Assembly (NCBI GenBank): GCA_002633005.1
Contig: NMRA01000100.1
Coordinates: forward strand, 697,475-761,474
DNA length: 64,000 nt
Reading direction: 5' to 3'
DNA from: Phoronis australis
Lineage: Eukaryota; Animalia; Phoronida
Shown here: positions 27,501 to 39,500 of the stretch, in pieces
Numbering within the stretch: position 1 is the stretch's first letter
Layout: every line of letters begins with the position of its first letter
Notes under the pieces: model-generated
Seen by the model: the letters and a program-made list of their open reading frames with translations, nothing else
Databases searched by the model: none
What the model was told of the DNA's origin: nothing
Made by a program: the position numbers and the translations under genes

Positions 27501-30500
27501 GGAGTTGACTGATTACTTCAAGGGAAGGATTCAACAGCTGATTGTTAGTTTTATTTGCTTTGGCATAATTAGCACTGGGTGTGACATAAAGTTTAACAGT
27601 TGTCAATGACTATCGTAAATAAAGCATGGAACTCGTATGTTTCTTAAGCATAGCCATTGCAAAGAGAAATTTGCTTTAGACATTTTATTTCTGGTTTTAA
27701 TTATTTGTTACTATGTGTGCTATTGCTGTTTGAATAGAGCGATGAAAGCAGTTACGGAGAAGTGGTACGTTATGCTGTATGCAAACACAATATATTGCAC
27801 TTACTGAGAATTAACCCAATTATCAAGCTAAATGTGCATCAATTCTCTTCATAACCACTTTTCACCATTTTGCTAGTCAGCATTGCAAAATTGTCACAGT
27901 TTATACTTATGAACGTAATATTGTAAACATCAAAACGCACATTGTTTATTATGTCTAATACATTTTTGTCAATTATTCTTAACATAACCATTGCACTTTT
28001 TAATATTGTGTGTTATTTTTGAAAAGCAAGCCATGAATAACAAAATATTTAGATTGAGTGAAATGACTGACGGTAAAAAACACTTAGCTGCAAGTCTAAA
28101 TTTTAGCTACGTTAGAAATTGTTTTCTGTGGAGACATACATATTGAAGGAGTAGAGGTATTGTATTAATTCTTGAATCAAAGGTATTGCATAATTATTGC
28201 TATAATACTTATTTACTTGTTATAGTGTTAAACATAATTGGAAATGAACCATGGCTTCCTACGTCTGTTTATTTGAACTCTCCTGTCATAGTCTTTAATG
28301 TCTTGCATCTAAATGTCAGGTGAACAGTGTGATAAAAAATTGATGTGAAATTGAATAAACCTCAACGGTTGTGATTACTTGAATTACTTTGAATTCCCAA
28401 TGGTCGTCATGAAACTAGTTTTTGGAACTCATAATGTGTACAAGTACTTAAATATTTTATCATGTTTAATTCTACTTTTATGGAAGAGCTTTTATAACTC
28501 TTTAGTTGTGTAGGCTTTGCATGTTCTGCGATTAAAGTTGAGGAAAATTTAATCCATATCATCAAAGGTCATTGCCATGGCTAAGATGGTCATAGGCATG
28601 TAACAACAGTGCAAATGTAAATTTGTTCAGTGATCATATTTGAATTCAACGACAGTCTTCATAAACCACTTAAACTGAATGGTGATTTTTTTCAAAACAA
28701 GTCTGTACAATGCGTCATAGGATGACCAGTATAGAAATTTGTGAACTTGGTTTGTGATTTGTCTGTATATGGCCTTGTGTGCTGTATGATCCTATCAACC
28801 CCGATGCACTGAGTTAGGGTAAGGCTGGACAACTGTTGGAGTACAAAGCGGTTTAAGAGTTTTCTATTATAAGCCTATTGTCTGCAAAGTCTAACATTCA
28901 TGATTAAACTCATCATGAAAAAGTCAACCATCTAAGTAGCGTTTCCTATGCCTTCTGTGGCAATAACCCAGTATGACAGTGAATTTATCATCTTGTTTAT
29001 AATGTAACTGTTGAGTTGTGTTGTATCCTGTTTCAGCAACAATGTGAGAAGTACTGGCACAACACCTACCAACAGTTTGGCAGTATACACGTGGCCCTAG
29101 AGGAGACTGAGACTACTGCCGATTTTACCATAAGAACTTTTAGAATTTCACAGGTAGTGATGGTGCAGTGACAATGGGAGGGTATTGGTATTGTCTTGGT
29201 ATATTTGGTGTTGAAATAGTTTTAGCATGTATTTTTACGTTATTGCATTGGCATATTTTACATTATTGCATTGGCACTGCATAGAAGTCTCACATGAAGT
29301 TTCTCTCCAACAAACACAATTTTTCATTTGGAAAGTCTGGTGATATCGTAATGACTGTGTTAGGAAGCAGTGTGGCCTGCTGGGATAAGTGGCAGCTTAC
29401 ACAGTGCCTACTATTAGTTTTTGGAATGACTGTTAAAAGGTTGGTTATTTCTTCTTCTGCCATTTTTGTGCTTTCTATATTTTGCACATAAAATCAGCGC
29501 TGGACGCATACACACTCTAGTAAAAGCACCATCCTTGTATTCTCTTCATTACTCGCAGATTACAAACAGTACCCATGTACTTGCAGTTTGTTCAATACCA
29601 TCATGCAAATATGACGGGCAGATTATTCATGGCGACAGCGTGTAAAGCCTAGCGTAAAAAGCAATCAGTTTTGAATAAACTAGCCATCCTTTCTAAACTT
29701 GACCGGCTTCAAGTCAACACCAGATAATCTGCCATTTTCTTTTGATTGTGGAAACCAATTATTGTCCAGTAGTGGAGAATATGGTGATCAGTTTATTAGT
29801 GTTAATTGACCTGTTCTTTGATTTTCATGTTTTGATGTAATTAGTGGAAAGAGATATAGCCCTGAACTTGTTCTAGAATGGTTGTGATGGTGAGCGGCAG
29901 GTGAAACAGTTTCAGCTGAGCTCTTGGAACGAACTCGATTGTCCTGATACCAGTGCAGTGCTAGAATTCAGGCGGAGAATTAGTGTTTATACAAAGAACC
30001 TCACTGGGCCCATGGTGGTCCACTGTAGGTAGGTACACTCCAGTCTAATGTAACTTTTACTTGAATAATCCGTATCGCTCTCAGAGCCGCTTAGTGGAAC
30101 TGAAAAGCCATACCTTGAGGTTGTCAGTGTACAGCCGTTTCGTCCATTTTCTCATGGACTTGGTTCACCACCATGCGTGCCTCTCTCGTGGAATAAAACA
30201 ATAAAACAACATGGGGGATTCACTAATGTCAAGGGGAATCCCGTAGGAAGTTTGAGTATATCTCAGGAAGAAGTCCAGGATCTGTTCAGACTTGGTCTGT
30301 GGATTTGAATCTCAACCTCCCATGTCCTACACTTCAACTTATCTGGATGTAAACTTAATACACTGAAATCCTCATCAGAGACCTGGTGAATGATGTAGAT
30401 CCCTGGTATGTTCATGATCTACATTACCAGGTCTCGGATATCGTGTGGAGAACTTTTGACACCATGAGAGGGGATTCCGTGAAATTAACTGTTACAAGAA

Positions 30501-33500
30501 AAACCCTTAACTTGTACACTGTGCATGAAAGGCTGTCACATAACACAAAAAGTATGATGGGCTGAAAAGGTCATCAAAAATTTCATGGATGTGCTTTAAC
30601 ACTATATCTTTCCCTTTTACAATGCGGAACCACTTCTTGCTATTAATATGACCATCTGCACTAGTGTTTGTATTTTATTTTACAACTACCAAGTCCCTCA
30701 AAGGGTCTTTGTGAAACACACAGATTTGTTTCCGTCATTCACCCAAGAGATTTCAGACGGCTCCATCGTATTGTGGCACCTTAGTGACAATTTTTATGCG
30801 CCCACATATTTATATGTGGACGCATTATGCCGTCATCTCTGTCCGTCCGGGTGGCGTCCGTCCGGCGTCTGGCATCCGGCGTCTGGCATCCGGCGTCCGC
30901 TGCTCTATCTCCAAAACCCTTTGACATACGTTCATGAAATTTGGCACATATGTTCCATTCATGAATGGGACAGCATGCGCGAACTTTCGGACGGATCCGA
31001 CTACCGGTGTGCCCCCTAGTGGCAATTTTAGTTTTTTACGCTTACCTTTGTATCTTCAAAAGTCCTGAACGGATTTTCATGAAATTTGGTATGCAGGCAC
31101 CTAGTAGTGAGATGACGCTATCCTGCCGTTTTCGGATGGATTCGACCTAGTGGCCATTTTTACTGTTTTCGAGTCTGTTTTTGTGCTTCCACCCCTCTAT
31201 CAACCAAACCGCTCAAAGGATGATTGTGAAAATTGGCATGTATGTGCTTACTATGTAGAGGACGGTTGACGATGATTTTCCGACGATTTCGACTACTGTG
31301 GCGCCTCCTAGTGGCAGTTTTGTTTTTTTTCGCCCATGGCTGTATCTCCCAAACCGTTCGCAGGATCTTTACTAAATTTAGCAAGTGTATTTATGTGATG
31401 TTGACAACGGACGATGACGACTTTAGGATGATTCTGATTACCGGTATGCCTCTAGTGGCAATTTTAGTATTTGCCTCTAGTGGCAATTTTAGTATTTTAC
31501 ATTGACCTCTGTATTTTCATAGGTCTTCAGGTGTATACTTTGTGTTACTTCGTGACTGTGAAGGAAAAGTTCCAAGTAGAAATTTGTTTCTGGCATTCTA
31601 ATGCTGTGCTAATCTCGTATGTTGGTAAATTTGTTTTTAATTCTATGTTTCTGTGGTGCTTTAAGCAACTGGTGTATAGGATGTGCTTGTATTATGAAGA
31701 TTACTCACATTTTGCCCCTAGCCTACTGAGGAGACAATGACCATGCCTTTCCATTTTGCAAAGTATGCCCTCTACTGGCCACTTTATGGTACCAATAAAC
31801 AACCCTAGAAGGATACCGTATGCGGTGCAATTGTGGGCGCATTTCAACGCTCCGCGTTGCTCTTGTTAGTAATGTGATGACCGTTTTTTGGCAACCACTT
31901 CTCTGTCAGTTGAGCGGTTTGACATTTTAGGGATATATCCTATTGACGAGAGCATGGTGACATTGGCATTTGGGTGGATTCGAATACTGCTATGCCAGTA
32001 AAGTTTTTGCACCTACCTCCATGTCTACAAGGTTTGATGAGATTGTTTTGAAATTTTGCCAAAAATGTTCCTAGTCAGGAGAGCATGGCTCTGTGACGTT
32101 GATTTTTAGTCAAATCCGACTACCCCTTGTAGCAGTTTTTCGCCTGCCTCAATATCTACCAAGTGCAGTGTGGTCTTGTGAAAAAAATTAATCAAAACAG
32201 ATCCTGTCGGATGGACCTATATGCTGCCATTATGATTACTTGTTGAGCTAACTGTACTAAAGTGGCTGTTGTTCTAGTAATGGTGCTGGTCGGACGGGTA
32301 CATTCATTGCCATAGACATCTTGTTGGACCGCCTGTGTATGGAAGACTCATTGGACGTCTTTAACTGTGTGCTCTCTCTACGTAATGCAAGATCAGAGAT
32401 GGTCGCTAATATGGTAGGGCTCATACAGGGGTTTCAGCTATCATTTCTACTGCTTTGATACTGACTTTTAGTCAAAAGCAGGGCATGTTGGTGATTGTTC
32501 TTCTAGTTAGCACATAACGTGGCAGGCAAAAAATGATCAAAACAATTTGTCCATCATTTTAGCTTGGGTAATTGTTACCGTGTAGATGTCAGAAACTACA
32601 TTTGGTAAGATTATTTGCAAGAAAGTAACCAGCCTTCTAAAAGTAGATAATTTTTTGAGCCATTATATCTTCACGAAATAAGTTGAGAATTTCCTTATTT
32701 ATTTACCTTATAGGAATACCCGCAGTGTTTGCAGCATCTGTTCCTATATAGAGAAGTGTTAATGAACTTGAGTGGCTATTTAGCAAGAAATATTCACTTC
32801 TTTGTACCTTTCATGATGTAGTGTAGAGACTATTAATGACTGTTTCACACAGAATTGCTCTTCACTGTGATGTATGTGATGTTCAACAGCAAGTAATTAA
32901 ACTGAGCTTATTAGTGTTGTAAAAATTCTCCAGTTTCATTGGGCCATTCTCTAAAGTTTGTGACACTGAAATTCATGCGAAAATTGAATTTTCTTGATTC
33001 AGAATTCAGTTGGACAGGGACGAGTTTGACATTCATCATATTTTTCAAATATTGGACACAACAATCCATATCACCTAAAAATAGACTTGGCAGTTGATAA
33101 AATCCTAATGAAAGTAGACCCTGAGGCAATGTTTGACTGAGTCCTGCATATTATGAATGAGCTGAAGGATCCCTAGTTGATGGTTAGGATTCTTGAATTT
33201 GGGACACTGCAATTTCTAAAATTTGGTACATACTTTTCAAAAGTGGAGACTATGTTACCGTAGTAACCACAGCAGCTAGCTTAATGTGTGCAATGGATAG
33301 TTAGATGTTTCATTTGGATAGCTCCCCAAATGAAATGATGCAAGCTGGCAGCTGTTAAGATTGAGAAAGAAAATAATGTGAAGATGTAATGCAATGGGTA
33401 TGAAGTATAAACATGTAATTACCTTGTTGTCTGTGGCTTGGCAATTCCACTGATGAATCATACCAGGTGGCGATGTGTTTGAATTTTATTTTTCACATTC

Positions 33501-36500
33501 AAGTTAACATCTTCATATTATCAAACTACCCAAATCACTTTGTTGAATATTCCTTTATAAAACAACTAAAACTTGATGTTTGATTTCTCATGCTGTGCCC
33601 GTTTTGTTCCAGCAACAATACATGTTTATATTTGAGTGCATCTCCATGCATATCCAATGTGACGTGACTGTGATACCTGTCGTTGAGTTGCCGGCCGTTG
33701 TCCAGAAGCTCATGGCCAAGGACCCACAAACCAGGCTCAGCGGCTTGGAGAGAGAAATGAAGGTAACTGATGAGTATGCTGGTGGATGGCGCCCACAAGG
33801 AATATAGGGATTGGAAATGTGATGCTGGTTGTGAAGACTAATAAGTTTTTCAATCATGATTAACTAATGATGAATACCTCGAATTTTCAAATTTATGATA
33901 ATAGATCCTTCTTAAGGAAGACGTAACTTGTATGAATATGTCAATCTCAATATGGTGTTGAAAATATGTTGCAAACATTTTATGTCTTGTCAACACGCCA
34001 TCTGTTGGCCACATCTGTTAAGTTTTCAAGATTTATAATCTTTTACATACATTATTTTTGCAATGAAAAGAATTTGGCATCATAACACAGAAACTAAAAA
34101 AATTGTCTGGTAACTTTTTGCATTCGATTCAATTAATTGTTAACTATAATTGTACCAGGTTTTAGACATGGTTGTACCCAAGCTGCAGGTGGGCGAGTGT
34201 GCCGGCGGACATCGTTTGGAGAACCGGCGGAAGAGTCGTGACATCATGATCCAGCCACCAGAGCGCGCTAGGCCCTACCTCATTACGTTTGACAGTAGTG
34301 ACAGCTCAGACTTCATCAATGCATGCTATGTTGATGTGAGTGAATCGGTTGTGTGATATTTTTGCACGGTAGTGGCAATTAAGGAAGTTATCAAAGCATG
34401 CTGGGAAATTCCACTAATGTGCATTCAAGAATGCAATCAGAATACTCCAACTAGTCCATCATGATGCAAGGCTTAAGTGTTAAACATCACTATAAGTTAA
34501 TTGTTTATGTAATCCTTGGATTCGTTTGTATGCGCAAATCATAATAAGGTTAAATTTGCTCACTGGTGATGTTGTAACTTGTGTATTGTAGAGTTACCGA
34601 CGACAGAATGCTTTCATAGTGACGCAGTGGCCAACTAGAAACACTGTCAACGACATATGGAGATTAATATTTGACTACCACATTGCCACAGTGGTCCTGC
34701 TCAACGATATGCCAGAATCTCGGGTAATTGTTTTGATCCAGTTGCAGACGGCTTTTTTTATTAATTATTCAAGCTCGTTGTGTTTGTTTGTCTTTGTGCT
34801 GGTAAGTGTAATGTCCTAGTTTATGCTAGCACATAAAAGTAGTTCAGTTGTTACATCTGGTCTGCGTACCCGACTACTTTAATCGTTCCACAAACCCATG
34901 CTTATACATCAGTAATTGGAGACGAGAATGGTGAGTGCATTAATTAGTAGGGTAGTTGAGTTTGACGAAACGATAGAAAATTGGGAATACTGCATTGAAC
35001 ATTTGGAACAGTTTTTTGCTGTGAACAACATTATGGGTGAAACCGGAGTACACCCCCGAAAACGTATGCTTTGCTGAAAAATTTGTGTGCTCCTAAGAAA
35101 CCTGCTAAACTCCCATTGTCGTTTTGCTGCTTTACCATCGGGTCACTTGAACCTAACACTGTCTGAGATTATGGAACATTTCCACTTTCATAAACAGAAC
35201 CATAATCCAAATGAGCCAGTCAATGGTTTTATTGCTGATTTACGTTCTTTGGCTACAAACGCTAACTTGGTGAAATCCTCGATTCAGCGCTGTGTGATCG
35301 CTTTGTTTTGCCATTTGAACAAAGAAACGACCGAAAAGCGTTTGTTAGCAGAATGTGACCAGTCACTCGACAAAGCCCTTTAAATGGCCGTTGCCGTGGA
35401 AACTGCTATGTTACAAGGCTTGGAATTTTCCGCGGAAACGCGGATTTCCACTTTTTTCAAATTTTCTGTCCGCGCATTTTATTATATTTCCACGTAAAAA
35501 AAAATCGGATTTGATGTAAAATTTCCGTGGCAAATTCCTTACCGCGGCATTGCCGACGACGTTCACCTCGAAAAGCGGAAGTTGCTCTTTATGTTTCGGA
35601 GGAACGTAAATTGTCAACATCGCCGGGGCATCTGGGATAGCGTGGTGGGATTTTCAATGGCGGCTCATGTGATTGTAAACCGCGGTGACAAATACTACGG
35701 CTCTGCAGCCAAAAATGTGTGGGGTGGGAGTGGACGGATGAGCTAAAAAGACGCAGACGCATAGTACTGATGGTGGTAACGTTTTTTTTTAGTCCTCCCG
35801 ATTTTTGTCGGCGAGGTTCACATGGGCTAATCGACTATTTCAAGGCTGGGTAACGCGCATGTTTTGGGTCGTAAAAGTTTCCGCGTTTTTTGTCATTGGT
35901 CATTCCAAGCCCTGAATGTTAGACACTAGTGAGGTGCAGACAGGAAAGTGCTTGAAGGTCAACCAAGTGTCAGTCGACTCTAAAAATAAACATTCTACGT
36001 AACTGCAATGCCAATATGACTTACGATGAAATTACCGACCTACGGCTTGGTTGATCGAGACATGTTAGACATTTGTTTATAGAAAGCTAGACAAGTTACA
36101 ATTGTATTTTAAACATGAGTGATGTTTTCTTTTTACCATGTTCAGTATCATTTTAAATGGAGAGAAGTGCTTTGTCCTAGCTTATGCTTGCGCATTGTGA
36201 TATATTAAAATAGTTCAATTGTTAGATCTCGTCTGTGTACACGTGTATTTTCATCGTTCCACAAAACCCAATGCTTATGCATGACAGCAAGATCTCTTGC
36301 AAGTGTCATAGGACTATGAGATCTTTTTCAACAAGATCTCTTGCAAGTGTCATAGGACTATGAGATCTTTTTCAACGTAGGAATGTCTTGATGTAAGTGG
36401 GGCAATAAAATTTGTTGAAAGACAATTAGAACACACTTTATTGTCAATTTCTGAGGTAAATATTTTAATAAAACACTGCTTTCTTTCCAACATTAGAAGT

Positions 36501-39500
36501 GATTTCTGGGTTTTGGGAAAACTCACTATTGTTTTCACTCTGGAATGAACTCACTGGCCAGTGTAGGAAATGGTCTTTATGACTGAAAGCAACGTGGCTG
36601 TTTTTTTATTAAGTACAACTAGGCTGATTACCTGCACAAAGGTGTGATGAGATTGCTATTTTACAATTCTTGGCTCTTTTGCATAAAACTTCAAAACTAT
36701 TTTGCTGGAAAAGTTTGATTATCATATGTTTGTTCAACAATTGCAGTGTGACAAGTGATATTGTGACGACATTGATGCTATTCATGAGTGTTTAACTTAT
36801 ATGCAACTCTTTACGGGACCCTGGATGTTTAACTTTTATTATAGGTTTAGCAATTCTTGACGTACATTACCTGGATGGAACTGTCCTTTTTTATCAGTGA
36901 GTTTTTGTGTATTATTTGTACAGAGTTGTCCCAAGTTCTGGCCTGACCAGTATGTTGGTGAGTGGCAGAGGTATGGTCCCATCAATGTCTCTTATCAGGG
37001 GACACAGAACTTCCCCAATATCACTGCCCGCACATTCCACGTAAAGAAGGTAAGCATCACTAACACATGTTTGTCTCTTTAAATGCTACCGCCAAATTGT
37101 CTAGTGTCTTGACTAAAGACGGACCAAAGGTGCAGTACCACTACTATTTATGAAATTACCTACTGATGCCCTTATGAATTTTGTTAACCACAGATTTCAT
37201 TTCTGCTTTTCAAGAAATAGTCCAAAGTATTTGTAGTAATTAAATTTCAGCCAATCAGAATAGAAGTTGTTGACAAAAGCGAGAACTGTTAATGTTTGCT
37301 CTCTTGCTCAGGTACACGTTGAGTTGTTGTTTTCAATGCTGACAGTTAGTACGTGTAACTGTGCTTGGACTATTATCTCCATCCATATTCGCGTTTACTG
37401 TCTGTTCATCGTTAGCATTTTAATCAATAGTAATTTACATTGAATCTGGCAGTACAACTGTATGGCAAGTATCCAACTTTAAGTCATTTATAAATCTTTT
37501 GTCAGTGGGTTGTCATGGAAACGGTAGCTTGAGCTTGGGGAGTCTGATTGCTGCAGGCACACATTTCAGCTGGAGTTATTAATTTAAATAGAAATGGATT
37601 GTTTCTAAATTAGCACTGTGCACCTTGTAAGTCGCAAGATCTTTTTAATGGAATTGTATGTGAACTATTCTGTTCGTTTTCATGTAATTCCAAAGTTTCT
37701 GTACACAATTCAAAAATAAAAAGTTGGTGTGGGCAACCTCAAAATTATTGCCTGTACTTTTGGTAGGTGTCATTTGTGTAACAACGTAATGATGTTTTTG
37801 TAAGCTTGTGAAATGTCTGCCAGTTGCATAGTGCATGTAGCTTCTATCAATAGTGGTGAGGCGGCCCTCTTTGTAAGTGCTGGTTGTATCTCTGTTGTTG
37901 CAGGGGTGGATTTAGGTTGACCCTACCTTCCCATTTCGGCTGCTTCGTTGTAACACTGTTTCTGTCTGGTTATGTTTGAGAATATTGTCCTTTAAACCAC
38001 GTAAAAATGCTTTTTCAATGATGGTGGCATCATTGTAAGTCATTCATGAATCCACCCCTGTTATGATGATAGGCAATTGTTGGAGGATTTGGTTCACTTG
38101 GACACTGGTATTTTTCAGACTTTGTTCTAAACAAGCAGTCTACAACGTTGTAGGTATTTGGTTATGTAGCTTTGCTTCAGATGAATTAAATAACGCCAGT
38201 TTGGCCGTATTTATAGTTGGCATCTCTGGCGAATGCTCTGCTTTCAACTGTACAGGTAGGCGTAGTCTCAATGGTTTGTTTTGAGATGCCATGCTCATAA
38301 CGCTGGGAATGTTTACCTACTAGGTTGATTGGCAGCATGAAAAGGTAACATGACTCCGCCCCCTACTCAACTGACATGCAGCAAGCGATGTTCCTGCCCC
38401 GTTAATCTGTCGTTCTCTTTTTAGCATTCCTGTCCCAAAGTCAGTTAATCCTGTCTTGGTTGTCTGTTTTCAATGCTGCGACCATTTCCTCCTCAGTACC
38501 CATTCTGAATTATCTTCAAGGTGTCAGCATGTTAAAATGTTTGAAACTACGTCCCTAGTTAGGGTGCATCAGTATCTGAAACCTTCTTTCTAAGCTATGT
38601 ACATTTCAGATTGTTGGATTCTGAAATCTTGTAGCGGTTTTAGCGTAGACTTGCAAAACACATTTTCCTCACTAGTTACAAACTGCCACCTCAGAGTTTA
38701 TTGAATGACAACCGAGACCGTGTTCCATCATCATTATCCCAATGTAGTGTGTGTGTTTGACTGCCCCCTGGTGGCCAGCTGTGACTAACCTTGACGTTGA
38801 TGTATGGTTGCAGAAGCGGATCTACGTGAACGTCCGTGTTTGTCTGGGCGAGGCAGCAGAGGTGAAACACGCACACACTTACGTTCTTTGATTAGCTCAT
38901 ATGCAGTCTCCTTTGATTTGCACCCAATGTTCTGTTTTATTGGCCTAGATCACTATCATTAATCATGTAGTCAGAGACCAACTTTGTACTAAGTTTTTGC
39001 TTGCCGTTTGCCGAGTAGATTTTAGTTTTCTAAAATTTTATGACGAGTTACCCACATTGCAGGTAAATCTATACTTAAAAACTGTTTCAAGGCTATGCTG
39101 TGTGAGGTAATGTTGTGTATTTTGGTGCAATTACACCTGATCCCAGTGAACTTCATTGCACCAATATGTGAATCAGGGTGTCATCAATCTGATTTTTCAA
39201 ATTGAATTTAGAAATTTCGACTGTATCATTATCATTGTATAGGTTTTAAGAGATGTCTGAGAAAATCGTGCAATCTGGGTATTTTGAGGCGTTGCTCTCT
39301 AAGTCAACATCATGACTCCTGGGAACAATTAAAAGTGCCACACAAGAAGTATTTTCCTCGGTGATAATATCTTTACCAACGTAAGACGGATGGAAATATG
39401 TGCCTATTTTCAGTCATAATTCCTATTGCAGTGCTGCAATGGTATTGACAAAATTAATATTAAATTATATCATGACAATGAATGTAAAGAAAAAACCCAA

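Noticed and set aside
30648-31740. ORFs recurring at 18751-19911, 30648-31740, 42899-43523, 60063-60743 and 63032-63638
   Set aside because: Translations of the non-coding HINE repeat; reading frames are not conserved between copies.
32714-32821. Alternative terminal exon ([16 protein letters not shown]...stop) giving a D1-only isoform
   Set aside because: An acceptor is plausible, but similarity to the QYxF helix is weak and out of register; no other support.
38119-38153. Further AG..GT microexon candidates (also near 45347-45530)
   Set aside because: In-frame stop codons or wrong phase.
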